This document shows positions 10,059-19,339 of a stretch of DNA of 64,000 nucleotides, piece by piece. The position numbers and the translations under genes are program-made. Position 1 is the stretch's first letter, and the number at the start of each line of letters is the position of its first letter. The DNA comes from Pirellulales bacterium (GTDB lineage Bacteria > Planctomycetota > Planctomycetia > Pirellulales > JAICIG01). The stretch spans positions 72,779-136,778 of the forward strand of contig JBBDYJ010000016.1 in NCBI GenBank assembly GCA_040901675.1, given 5' to 3'. A model generated the notes under the pieces. The model was not told the DNA's origin and did no database searches. It saw only the letters and a list, made by a program, of their open reading frames with translations.

Positions 10059-11051
10059 ATGAAAACGAACTCCCCCTCGCTGCGCAAGGCCGCGCTGCTC
10101 GTGGCCAGCCTCGATCGCGATACGGCCGATCGACTGCTGGATCAGATGTCGCCGCGGCAGGCTGCACTGGTCCGCCGCGCGCTCGTCGAGCTGGGAGACA
10201 TCGATCCCGACGAGCAGGACGAGGTCATCGGCGAGTTCTTCCGCGCCGGACCGCGGATCGCGGTCGACGAGCCGCCGGGAATCGATCTCGACGGTCAGCT
10301 CGCCCGCCGCCTGGCCGCTTCGCCGCGCCGTCCGCCCGACGAAGACCAGGAGCAAGACAGGCCGCCCTTCCGCTTTCTGCACGAGGCCAAGTGCGAGAAA
10401 CTTTCGCCGTTTCTGGCCGGCGAACACCCGCAGACGATCGCGCTGGTCCTGTCGCATCTGCCGCCAGAGCGGGCCCTTGGAGTGCTGGCCACACTCGCCG
10501 GGACCCTGCAGGCAGACGTCATCCGCCGCCTGGTCGACCTGGACGAAGCCGACCCGCGCATCCTCCGCGAAGTCGAACGGGGCCTGCAATCGCGGATCCT
10601 CGAACAGGTCAAAAGCGAGCGGCTCAGGGCCGCCGGTTTGGTGGCCGTGGCCGGCATTCTCGAAGCTGCCGACCCGGTGCTGCGCCGCCAGATCCTCGGC
10701 AACCTGGCCTGTTTCGATCCTCCGCTGGCCGGCAAGCTGCGGACCGACCAGTTCGAGTTCTCGCAGCTTTCCGACGCCAGCCCGGCGGCACTGGCCACGC
10801 TGGTGCAATCGGCCGAGCGGCACGTGGCGGTGCTGGCGCTGGCCGGCGCTACGCCGCGACTCGTCGAGCGCGTGCTGGCCGGGCTGCCGGCCGCCGATGC
10901 CCTCCTGCTCCAACAGGATGTAGAGAACATCGGCCCCACCCGCTTGAGCGACGTCGAAGAAGCCCAGTCGCAAATGGCCGAGCTGGCCCAGCAACTGGCC
11001 TGGCTGGGTCGAATGGAACTGCCCGCTTCCCGCGCCCCCGTGCTGGTCTGA
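10059..11051 (+). CDS. fliG: flagellar motor switch protein FliG (divergent)
   Basis: LRKAALLV, EHPQTIALVLSHL, GPTRLSDVEEAQ. Confidence 0.88.
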   Translation: MKTNSPSLRKAALLVASLDRDTADRLLDQMSPRQAALVRRALVELGDIDPDEQDEVIGEFFRAGPRIAVDEPPGIDLDGQLARRLAASPRRPPDEDQEQDRPPFRFLHEAKCEKLSPFLAGEHPQTIALVLSHLPPERALGVLATLAGTLQADVIRRLVDLDEADPRILREVERGLQSRILEQVKSERLRAAGLVAVAGILEAADPVLRRQILGNLACFDPPLAGKLRTDQFEFSQLSDASPAALATLVQSAERHVAVLALAGATPRLVERVLAGLPAADALLLQQDVENIGPTRLSDVEEAQSQMAELAQQLAWLGRMELPASRAPVLV

Positions 11052-11057
11052 CAAAAC

Positions 11058-11711
11058 ATGCCCTCCGTCATCAAGGCCACCGACCCAGAGCGCGGCATCC
11101 ATCCCGTGGCATTCAACTTCGAAGATCTGGCCCAGCACGCCGAACGCTACCTGGAGCAGGTCCGCAGGCAAGCGGCCGGGTTGCTGCGCGAAGCCGGCCA
11201 GCAGGCGCAGGCGATTCGCCAGGCCGCCCGAATCGAAGGCCGCAAAGACGCCCAGCAGGAGTTGGAGCGGATGGCCCGGCAGAAAGTGTCGGCCGAGCTG
11301 GAAACGCTGCTCCCCTCGCTGCAAAGCGTGGTCGCCCAGATCGAGCAGTCACGGGACGCCTGGCTGGGGCACTGGGAACACAGCGCGGTCCACCTGGCCG
11401 CCGCGATTGCGGCCCGCCTGGTCCGCCGCGAACTCTCGGCGCATCCCGAGATTACGCTCGACCTGGTCCGAGAGGCCCTCGAGCTCGCGGCCGGCAGCGG
11501 CGAGCTGCAGATCAAGTTGAATCCCGGCGACTACGCGGCCCTGGGCGCTGAAGTGCAACGGATCGCGGCGGAGTGCAGCCGGATTGCGCCGGCCACGGTC
11601 AAGGCCGACCCGAGCATTTCGGCCGGCGGTTGCCGGATCGAGACGCGGTTTGGTTCGATCGACCAGCAGTTCGAGGCCCAGTTGGCCAGGATCGAAGAGG
11701 AGCTTAGTTGA
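11058..11711 (+). CDS. fliH: flagellar assembly protein FliH
   Basis: Coiled coil, IKLNPGD, ADPSISAGGCRIETRFGSID; lies between fliG and fliI. Confidence 0.9.
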   Translation: MPSVIKATDPERGIHPVAFNFEDLAQHAERYLEQVRRQAAGLLREAGQQAQAIRQAARIEGRKDAQQELERMARQKVSAELETLLPSLQSVVAQIEQSRDAWLGHWEHSAVHLAAAIAARLVRRELSAHPEITLDLVREALELAAGSGELQIKLNPGDYAALGAEVQRIAAECSRIAPATVKADPSISAGGCRIETRFGSIDQQFEAQLARIEEELS

Positions 11712-11730
11712 TGCGCCCCGGGCGTGGGAC

Positions 11731-11796
11731 CTCGCTGGCGCCCCTCGACGGGCTCGGGGCGGGTCGAGCCCGCCGAGACCCGCGTCGGGGTGGTGT
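11731..11796 (+). repeat. 66-bp dispersed palindromic repeat, copy A
   Basis: Matches the reverse complement of 59800-59865 with 2 mismatches. Confidence 0.85.
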
Positions 11797-11804
11797 AGGA
11801 CGCC

Positions 11805-13136
11805 ATGCTTGACTACAAAAACCAACTCGCCGCGATTCTGCCAACGGCTCTGGAAGGCAGCGTCGTGCGGACGGTGGGCTCCGCGGTGGCGGTGGCGGGG
11901 CTGCCTGCGCCGGTCGGCGGCCTGGTATCGATCGAGCGGCAGGCGGGCGGGCCGGTCGAGGCCGAAGTGATCGGCTTGGGCCACGAGTTGACGCTCGTTT
12001 TCCCGTGGGGGGACCTGCAAGGCGTGCGGCACGGCAACCGCGTTCGGCTGGTGCGGACCAAGGGGCACCTGCCGACGGGTGAAGGATTGCTGGGGCGCAT
12101 CGTCGACGCCCGCGGGCATTGCATCGACGGCCGCCCGCGACCCTTTTTGGCCGGGCGGACCCTGCTGGAACGCCGCGCGCCGAAGGCCACCCAGCGGCCC
12201 CGCATCACGGCCCCGCTGGCGACCGGGGTGCGGGCGCTCGACGGGCTGCTGACGTGCGGCAAGGGACAACGCATGGGGATCTTCTCCGGGTCCGGAGTCG
12301 GCAAGAGCACCATGCTGGGCATGATGGCCCGCCATACTTCGGCCGAGGTGAACGTGATTGCCCTGGTCGGTGAGCGCGGCCGCGAAGTGAACGATTTCAT
12401 CGAGCGCGACCTGGGGCGCGATGGACTCGCCAAGAGTGTGGTGGTAGTGGCCACCAGCGACGAACCGGCCCCGCTGCGCGTGCGGGCCGCCTTCGCCGCC
12501 ACGGCGATTGCGGAGTTCTTCCGCGACCAGGGGCGCGACGTGCTGTTGATGATGGACTCGTTGACGCGCTTTGCCCTGGCGCAGCGTGAGATCGGCCTGG
12601 CTGCCGGCGAACCGCCGACGACACGCGGCTTTCCGCCTTCGGTGTTCGCCATCCTGCCCCGGCTGGTCGAACGCGCCGGCCTGACGCCCCAAGGGAGCAT
12701 CACGGCCTTTTATTCGGTGCTGGTTGAAGCCGACGATCCGAACGAACCGATCAGCGACGCCGTCCGCGGCTTCCTCGACGGGCACACCTGGCTCTCGCGC
12801 AAACTGGCCAACCGCGGACATTACCCGGCCATCGACGTGCTCGAGAGCACCAGCCGGATGATGAGCGAGGTGGCGACGGCGGATCACCAGCAGGCCGCCC
12901 ACGCGCTGCGCGAGCTGCTGGCCGCTCATCGGGACCATGAGGACCTGATTTCGCTGGGGGCCTACCAACGCGGCAGCAACGGGCTGGTCGACGCGGCCCT
13001 GGAGATGCACGACCCGATTCAGAAGTTTCTGCGGCAAAGAATCGACGAGCCCGTCACGCTGGAGGCGGCCCGCGAACAACTCGTGCAGCTCGGCCGGCGA
13101 TGCGCGCACCGACCGGCCGGCAAACCAGCGGCCTAG
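11805..13136 (+). CDS. fliI: flagellar/T3SS export ATPase FliI
   Basis: GQRMGIFSGSGVGKS, ALVGERGREV, MDSLTRFALAQREIGL, GHYPAIDVL. Confidence 0.96.
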   Translation: MLDYKNQLAAILPTALEGSVVRTVGSAVAVAGLPAPVGGLVSIERQAGGPVEAEVIGLGHELTLVFPWGDLQGVRHGNRVRLVRTKGHLPTGEGLLGRIVDARGHCIDGRPRPFLAGRTLLERRAPKATQRPRITAPLATGVRALDGLLTCGKGQRMGIFSGSGVGKSTMLGMMARHTSAEVNVIALVGERGREVNDFIERDLGRDGLAKSVVVVATSDEPAPLRVRAAFAATAIAEFFRDQGRDVLLMMDSLTRFALAQREIGLAAGEPPTTRGFPPSVFAILPRLVERAGLTPQGSITAFYSVLVEADDPNEPISDAVRGFLDGHTWLSRKLANRGHYPAIDVLESTSRMMSEVATADHQQAAHALRELLAAHRDHEDLISLGAYQRGSNGLVDAALEMHDPIQKFLRQRIDEPVTLEAAREQLVQLGRRCAHRPAGKPAA

Positions 13137-13146
13137 GAGCAACCCG

Positions 13147-13593
13147 GTGCGAACGTTCCAATTCCGGCTGGCCACACTGCTCCGGCTGCGGCAGGCGGTT
13201 CGCGACGAGCGGCGTGGCCAGTTGGCGGAGGCGTTGGCCGCCGCCGCCGCTTTGTCCGCCCGGCTGGACGAGCTCGATCGCGATCTGAACCAACTCAAGC
13301 AACAGCAAACTTGCCGAGCGGGCTCACTGGATTTGGACCGCTTGCTCGAGGCCGACCGCTACGAGGCGATGCTCCGCGCCCAGCGGGCCGAGGTCCAGCG
13401 GCAGCGGGATGCCGTGGCAGTCGAGATCGACAAACGGCGTGAAGCCGTGGTCGCTGCCGATCGTGATCTCAAGGCCCTCCAACAGCTTGAAGAGCTGCAG
13501 GGAAAGCGCCATCGCGCCGCCGAGGAGCGGCAGAACGTCAAGGAACTCGACGAAACCGCCTCCCGCCGGGCCCGTGAGAAGGTACACGAGTGA
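13147..13593 (+). CDS. fliJ: flagellar export protein FliJ
   Basis: FQFRLATLLRLR N-terminus, coiled coil, KELDE near the end; GGAG RBS; follows fliI. Confidence 0.85.
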   Translation: MRTFQFRLATLLRLRQAVRDERRGQLAEALAAAAALSARLDELDRDLNQLKQQQTCRAGSLDLDRLLEADRYEAMLRAQRAEVQRQRDAVAVEIDKRREAVVAADRDLKALQQLEELQGKRHRAAEERQNVKELDETASRRAREKVHE

Positions 13594-13834
13594 TGCGGCC
13601 CGCCGGGAGCACCTGGCTTTCCTGGCTTGCCCGTGCATGGGCACCGTGCTGGCAAAGGGGCCGGCTTTTGGCTATTGGCCCGTGCAGGCCCAGGCTCGCC
13701 GATCGGCCAAGCGCCTGGTTGGGCTTGATCCAAAGGCGGATTTTGGAGAAAACTAACCGCGCTGTGGGCAGGCCACTTCTCCAGGCAGTCGCCTAAAGCC
13801 GCAGGGAACGGCCACCGCAAAGGAATGGATTCCA

Positions 13835-14356
13835 ATGCCGGACGGACCGGGACTTGGTCCCGAAGAACTCGAGCGATTGCTGAAGCAGGCCCAAGCCGCG
13901 CCACGGCTCTCGAACTCCCGGGCGGCCCAGGCCGCCTCTGCCGGCGCGCCGCCCGATGTGGGGCTGGCTCAGGGCGACGTCGAGCTCTTGCTCCAACAGG
14001 CCGAGCAGGCTCTCGCATCGGTGGAGCACCCCCCCGGCGACCCTCCGGCGGGAGCTACGGTCTACCAGCTCGAAGACTTTGTCGGAGCCAACAGCAACGG
14101 GGAACGGGCCACGTTGGATTTGATCCGCGACGTCGAACTGGATCTCCGGATCGAATTCGGCCGCACGCACATGTACCTGGAAGACATCCTCAAGCTGCGC
14201 AAGGGGTCGGTCGTTCCGTTAGACAAACTGGCGGGCGAGCCGGTCGAGATTTTTGTCAACGGGCGGTTGATCGCCAAGGGGGAGGTTCTGGTCCTCAACG
14301 ATAACTTTTGCGTCCGCGTGGCGGAGCTCGTCGCCGGCAGCGCCGTCGCGGCGTAG
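13835..14356 (+). CDS. fliN: flagellar motor switch protein FliN
   Basis: DVELDLRIEFGRT..GSVVPLDKLAGEPVEIFVNGRLIAKGEVLV. Confidence 0.93.
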   Translation: MPDGPGLGPEELERLLKQAQAAPRLSNSRAAQAASAGAPPDVGLAQGDVELLLQQAEQALASVEHPPGDPPAGATVYQLEDFVGANSNGERATLDLIRDVELDLRIEFGRTHMYLEDILKLRKGSVVPLDKLAGEPVEIFVNGRLIAKGEVLVLNDNFCVRVAELVAGSAVAA

Positions 14357-14439
14357 CCGGAGAGGGCCAGAGTTCGGGCCCGCTGAAGCGAACAAACCAT
14401 AGCCGGATTTCCACAAGAGTCCGCGAACCGTGAAATACC

Positions 14440-14454
14440 TGGCACGTGCGAAGC
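14440..14454 (+). promoter_or_regulatory. candidate sigma54 -24/-12 site
   Basis: TGGCAC-GTGCG-AAGC (GG-N10-GC) about 35 nt upstream of fliO; a weaker match lies at 13639-13654 before fliN. Confidence 0.3.
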
Positions 14455-14489
14455 CCGGCGGCTTCGGCTAGCCAGCATGGCGCCAAGCG

Positions 14490-15212
14490 ATGAAACTGAA
14501 CGCACGAATCACCCTGGCACTGGTTCTGCTACTGGTCGCCGCGCCGCGGCTCTTCGCTCAAGCGGGCGACGAGCACCAGGCGCTGCGCGCCGGCGGGCCG
14601 CACCAGCCCGGCGAATCGTCCAATCGCCAGGCCTCGTTCGACAAGCCCGGCGCAAGCTTTGCCCCACGCAAGCTGCCGGCCATGGCCGGAGCAAGAGCCG
14701 CCGAACAGCTCGATCCCATTCGCTTGCCCCCCCGCGCCGACAAGACGACGCGCCCGGCCGGTCCGGAAACGGCGAGGCGAAAGCCGGCCTCGACGGGCGG
14801 CAGCCTGCTATCCGGCCTGGGCAGCTTGGCCCTCGTGCTGGGACTGTTTTTTATCACGGCCTGGGCCTTGCGGCGCGCCGTGCCCGGCGCGTGTCCGGCA
14901 CTGCCGGCCGAGGTGATCGAGGTCCTGGGCCGAACCACGCTGGCAGGCCGCCAGCAAGCCTATCTGCTCCGCTGCGGCAACAAGCTGCTGCTGGTCCACC
15001 TGGCGGCCGGCTGCGCCGAGACACTCACCGAAATCACCGATCCGGTGGAAGTCGACCGGTTGGCGGGCCTCTGCCGCCAGGCGCACCCGCACAGCACCAG
15101 CCTCTCCTTCCGCCAGATCCTCGAACAGTTTGGACGCGAAAAGTCGGCCGAGAGTTTTGTGGATAGTGCGCCAGGCGGGGCAGTCGCGGCGACGGAGCCG
15201 GCCCATGCCTGA
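14490..15212 (+). CDS. fliO: flagellar biosynthesis protein FliO/FliZ-type
   Basis: Signal-like N-terminus, [13 protein letters not shown], then [27 protein letters not shown]; lies between fliN and fliP. Confidence 0.82.
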   Translation: MKLNARITLALVLLLVAAPRLFAQAGDEHQALRAGGPHQPGESSNRQASFDKPGASFAPRKLPAMAGARAAEQLDPIRLPPRADKTTRPAGPETARRKPASTGGSLLSGLGSLALVLGLFFITAWALRRAVPGACPALPAEVIEVLGRTTLAGRQQAYLLRCGNKLLLVHLAAGCAETLTEITDPVEVDRLAGLCRQAHPHSTSLSFRQILEQFGREKSAESFVDSAPGGAVAATEPAHA

Positions 15213-16107
15213 AGCGTTGCCGCTGACAGCGACCGGACGAAAGCGGCTCTGCCGCCGCCCGTGCGCAATCATCTCGCTGGCGGCCGGGGTGCTCTTGCTG
15301 TGCAGCTCGGCAACGACGGCTCAACCGGGTGGTCCGGCCATGGATGCACGCGGCCCGATCCAGGGCCGCCCGGCCCCCAGTCGCCCCGCAGCCCTGGAGG
15401 CGCCGGGCGTGTCGGAGTTGCTCCCGGGCGGCCCCGCTGCCTGGACCAGCCCGGAGGGGCTGAGCTCGACGCTCAAGGTCATGCTGCTGTTGACCGTGCT
15501 GAGCCTGGCGCCGGCCGTGCTGCTGATGACGACCAGCTTCGTGCGGATTGTGATCGTGCTGAGCCTGCTGCGGCAAGCTTTGGGCACGCAGCAACTGCCC
15601 CCCAACCAGGTGATCACCTCGATGTCGTTGTTCCTCACCTTGCTGATCATGACCCCGGTGTGGAAGGAGTCGTACGAGCAAGGCATCAAGCCCTACAACG
15701 AGGGCCAGATCGGACTGGCCGAAGCATGGGACGCCGGCATTCGTCCGATTCGCCGCTTCATGACCATGCAGATCGACCGCACCGGCAACAGCGACGACAT
15801 CTGGCTGTTCCTCGAGTACATGCCCGACCGTCCCACGCCGCAACAGTACGACGACGTGCCTTTGCAGGCCTTGTTGCCGGCCTTCATGCTCAGCGAGCTG
15901 AAGACGGCCTTTCTGATCGGCTTTCAGATCTATCTGCCGTTCGTGATCCTCGACATGGTCATTTCCAGCGTGCTGATATCGATGGGCATGCTGATGCTGC
16001 CTCCGGTGCTGATTTCGCTCCCCTTCAAGCTGCTGATGTTCGTGTTGGCCGACGGCTGGCACCTGGTGATCGGCATGCTCATGGAAAGTTTCCAGCCGTT
16101 CACGTGA
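15205..16107 (+). CDS. fliP: flagellar export gate protein FliP
   Basis: [50 protein letters not shown]. Confidence 0.96.
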   Translation: MPEALPLTATGRKRLCRRPCAIISLAAGVLLLCSSATTAQPGGPAMDARGPIQGRPAPSRPAALEAPGVSELLPGGPAAWTSPEGLSSTLKVMLLLTVLSLAPAVLLMTTSFVRIVIVLSLLRQALGTQQLPPNQVITSMSLFLTLLIMTPVWKESYEQGIKPYNEGQIGLAEAWDAGIRPIRRFMTMQIDRTGNSDDIWLFLEYMPDRPTPQQYDDVPLQALLPAFMLSELKTAFLIGFQIYLPFVILDMVISSVLISMGMLMLPPVLISLPFKLLMFVLADGWHLVIGMLMESFQPFT

Positions 16108-16205
16108 CGCGGCCGGCGGATCGGGCCTTGCCAGCCTGGCGCCCCCTGAGCGGTTGGACTGTCTCAAGAACGCGTCAAACATTGTCTCTCGACTGCCGGC
16201 GACCC

Positions 16206-16472
16206 ATGGACCCTCAGGACGCAGTGGATCTGGCCCGCGAAGCGATCCTGGTCGCCTTGCTCATCGGCTCGCCCGTGTTGTTGGCGGGGCTGCTGGTCGG
16301 CCTGGCGGTGGGCCTGCTGCAAGCGCTGACGCAGGTGCAGGAGCAGACCGTTTCGTTCGTGCCCAAGCTCGTCGCCATGGTCCTCGTGCTGTCGTTCACT
16401 CTTCCCTGGCTGCTGGGCCGCTTCGTCGACTACGTGCGGGAGCTGTTTGGCCACATCCCCGAAACTCTTTGA
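16206..16472 (+). CDS. fliQ: flagellar export gate protein FliQ
   Basis: 88 aa; GLLQALTQVQEQTVSFVPKL. Confidence 0.95.
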   Translation: MDPQDAVDLAREAILVALLIGSPVLLAGLLVGLAVGLLQALTQVQEQTVSFVPKLVAMVLVLSFTLPWLLGRFVDYVRELFGHIPETL

Positions 16473-16486
16473 ACAGGGCAGGGCGG

Positions 16487-17257
16487 ATGTTCGACCTGGC
16501 CCACTTCACGCTCGAGCAGTTCATTGTGTTCACGCTGGTGCTGACCCGGCTGGGCGGGCTGGTGGCCACCGCCCCGCTCTACGGCACCCAGACTCCGGCC
16601 CAGGTGCGGGCCTCCCTGGCCCTGGCCTTGGCCGTGCTCGTGACACCGTCGCAGTGGGCCGGCTCGCTGCCGGCGCCCCAGGCGCTGAGCGACTATCTCC
16701 TGATGCTCGGCGGAGAGTTGCTGGTGGGGCTGACGCTGGGGCTGGGCATGACGCTGCTGTTCTCCGGAGTGCAGCTTGCCGGACAGATCATCGGCCAGAC
16801 CAGCGGCATGACGCTGGCCGAGGTCTTCAACCCGGGCTTCGACGGCAGCATCCCGCTCATCTCGCAGGCGCTGTACCTCCTGGCCCTGGCCATCTTCGTC
16901 ACGCTGGGAGGCCATCGCTTGCTCATGGCCGGCCTGCTGGGCACGTTTGCCACGATTCCCATAGGCGGCGCGGGCTTGTCGGCCGGGCTGGGCGAAGCGG
17001 TCGTCGTCTTGCTGACGCAAAGCTTCAGCCTTGGCATCCGCATCGCGGCGCCGGCCACCGCGGCCTTGCTGCTGGCGACGCTGGTGATGGGCCTGGTGAG
17101 CCGTACGCTGCCGCAGCTCAACCTGCTGACCTTGGGCTTTGGGCTCAACGCGCTGGCGGCTTTTGGCATTCTCGCCATGTCGCTGGGCGGCTTGAGTTGG
17201 GCTTTCCAAGCCGAGATCGAGCCGGCGTTGCAAACCATCCTCGAGGCCCTCGGCTGA
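16487..17257 (+). CDS. fliR: flagellar export gate protein FliR
   Basis: LVLTRLGG, ELLVGL, QLAGQIIGQTSGM, GLVSRTLPQLN. Confidence 0.94.
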   Translation: MFDLAHFTLEQFIVFTLVLTRLGGLVATAPLYGTQTPAQVRASLALALAVLVTPSQWAGSLPAPQALSDYLLMLGGELLVGLTLGLGMTLLFSGVQLAGQIIGQTSGMTLAEVFNPGFDGSIPLISQALYLLALAIFVTLGGHRLLMAGLLGTFATIPIGGAGLSAGLGEAVVVLLTQSFSLGIRIAAPATAALLLATLVMGLVSRTLPQLNLLTLGFGLNALAAFGILAMSLGGLSWAFQAEIEPALQTILEALG

Positions 17258-17261
17258 TGGC

Positions 17262-18323
17262 ATGGAGCAAAGCGGCGACAAGACCCACGAACCCACCGCC
17301 CATCGCCGCCGGCAGGCGCGCGAGCAGGGCCAGGTGGCGCACAGCCAGGACTTGGGCAGTGCAGCGCTGTTGATCGGAGGAGTGCTGGCGGTGCTGGCGC
17401 TTGGCGGCTCGATGGTCGGCGCCATGGACCAGGTGACAAGGCAGCATCTCGGCCAGGTCTGGCTCTCGGCCGACAACGAGCTGATCGTTGCCTGCACCCG
17501 CGAGCTGATCGCCATGCTGGCGCGATCGCTGTTGCCGATCTTGGCCGCCATGTGGTTCGTGGCCGTGGCCGTCAGCCTGGTGCAAGTCGGCCCGCTGTTC
17601 CTGCCCGGCAAGCTGGCTCCCGACCTGTCCCGCATCAACCCGCAGCGAGGGTTCAGCCGCCTGGCGTCGCTGCCGAGCCTGGTGCGGCTTGCGTTCGGCA
17701 TGATCAAGGTCGCCTTGATTTCCGTGCTCGCCTGGTTCTGCCTGGCGGCCCAGGGAGAGGCCTTGCTCTCACTGGCGGCCTTGGAACCGCCGCAGGTGGC
17801 AGCGTACCTCTCGCACGTGATGCTCGACACGGCCTGGAAGATTGGCGCGGCGTTGTTGGCGTTGGCCCTGTTGGACTACCTGTTTCAACGGCGCCGTCAT
17901 GAGCGCGACTTGCGGATGACGCACCAGGAAATCCGCGAGGAGATGAAGAACCTGCAGGGCGATCCGCAGATTATCGCTCGCCGCCGGGCCATCCAGCGGC
18001 AACTTGTTTTGAGCCGCTTATCCAGCATGGTGCCGAAGGCGGACGTGGTGATCACCAATCCCACCGAGCTGGCGGTGGCCATCGAGTACAAGCGGGAGAG
18101 CATGGCCGCCCCGGTCGTGGTGGCCAAGGGGGCCGGTGTTCTGGCCCAGCGGATTCGCCGGCTGGCTCTGGAGCAGGGTATCCCGATCGTCGAGAAGAAG
18201 CCGCTGGCCCAGGCTCTCTACCGCCAGGTCGATGTCAATCAGGCCATTCCCAACCAGATGTACTCCGCCGTGGCCGACGTCCTGGGCTACGTCTACCAGC
18301 TCAAAGGGAAGAAGACTCGCTAG
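17262..18323 (+). CDS. flhB: flagellar export switch protein FlhB
   Basis: DKTHEPTAHRRRQAREQGQVAHS, LRMTHQEIREEMKNLQGDP, ADVVITNPTE, APVVVAKG. Confidence 0.95.
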   Translation: MEQSGDKTHEPTAHRRRQAREQGQVAHSQDLGSAALLIGGVLAVLALGGSMVGAMDQVTRQHLGQVWLSADNELIVACTRELIAMLARSLLPILAAMWFVAVAVSLVQVGPLFLPGKLAPDLSRINPQRGFSRLASLPSLVRLAFGMIKVALISVLAWFCLAAQGEALLSLAALEPPQVAAYLSHVMLDTAWKIGAALLALALLDYLFQRRRHERDLRMTHQEIREEMKNLQGDPQIIARRRAIQRQLVLSRLSSMVPKADVVITNPTELAVAIEYKRESMAAPVVVAKGAGVLAQRIRRLALEQGIPIVEKKPLAQALYRQVDVNQAIPNQMYSAVADVLGYVYQLKGKKTR

Positions 18324-18464
18324 CGCGACGCGCCCCAGCTCGAAGTTCTGTCCTAATCCGTCCGCCGCGCGCCCGTCCGTCACGTTTTCGCCTGCGCGCT
18401 TTGCGAGAGCCGTTCGTCCGCGGCCGGTTCCCCAACGTTTCAGCGAATTGCGCGGAAACTGAGC

Positions 18465-18959
18465 CTACGAAGCGGGTCTTTTTTGACTTGGGGGAAAAAC
18501 GGACGGAATCAGCTCGACGTGGGCTCGTTCAATCAGTATCTCTTCCTGCTCGCTATACGCCGCTTCTTTCAGGACCGACTTGACATACCCGAAAAAGAGG
18601 TCCGAGGGATTCCGCGTGCCGGGCGCCTCGACGCGAGAATAAACCTGTATCCAGATGTTCCTTTCCACGACCGGAGGTTTTTCGGCATCCGGCAGCCAAC
18701 CGCCCTCGAGCGGCGCGCGCGGCGTCGTCGATGTTCGCGTGTAGCCGCCAAAACGCAGAGCAAGCAGGCTAATCAACGGCCCGACGTGATCGGCTTTGGA
18801 AAAGACCTCCTTCCCATCCGCCGCGAAGAGAGGCAGCGTAATCGTGTATCGGTATGCGGGCCCTTCCAGCAATCGACGATCAAGACTGGGAAGCTGCAGA
18901 GGCTCCGGCGGAAGCTTTTCGAGAGCGGAGAGGTTCAGCCTTCGTCTTCTTTTTGCCAT
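18465..18959 (-). CDS. hypothetical protein, possible DUF3574/PII-like fold
   Basis: YTITLPL..DG..RFGGYT..GGW..QEEILIE pattern; the family call is tentative. Confidence 0.55.
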   Translation of the reverse strand: MAKRRRRLNLSALEKLPPEPLQLPSLDRRLLEGPAYRYTITLPLFAADGKEVFSKADHVGPLISLLALRFGGYTRTSTTPRAPLEGGWLPDAEKPPVVERNIWIQVYSRVEAPGTRNPSDLFFGYVKSVLKEAAYSEQEEILIERAHVELIPSVFPPSQKRPAS

Positions 18960-19140
18960 TGGCTCGAACCTTTGAGGCCCTGCTGCGCCCGATAAGTCGG
19001 GCCGCCCGGAGCGATTCCAGTTGTTGCTCGTTTACGATCAATACACCCACAGCTCGCGTCTCAAACATACCCCCCTGCGTCAGCAGCACGCGGACAGCCT
19101 GGTTAAAGACCTCGGGGTCCGGAAACTCAACAATAGCCAT
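18880..19140 (-). CDS. small hypothetical protein
   Basis: ATG with GAGG RBS; overlaps the start of the downstream ORF; basic tail. Confidence 0.5.
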   Translation of the reverse strand: MAIVEFPDPEVFNQAVRVLLTQGGMFETRAVGVLIVNEQQLESLRAARLIGRSRASKVRANGKKKTKAEPLRSRKASAGASAASQS

Positions 19141-19339
19141 TGCGACCTCATTGGCCAAAAGCCGTGTGAGAATGGGGCAGCAACCCGAATGAGCAATCCC
19201 ATTGTTCGTTACGGTGAGGCTCCCCCATCCTGGTTCGCGGCGCCACGCTACCGAATCTTACAACGGGCGGAAAGCCCAGTCCAGGGTTGAGGCGCCCCGA
19301 ACGGGCATCGCGGTGTAAAGGGCGTCATTTACCCGTTCT

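Noticed and set aside
13590..13796. 68-aa ORF coupled to fliJ
   Set aside because: No resemblance to FliK or other flagellar proteins; likely spurious or a decayed remnant.
11805..18323. Assignment as a classical injectisome
   Set aside because: FliG, FliO, FliJ and a two-TM FliF indicate flagellar ancestry, and there is no secretin, needle or translocon gene in the window.
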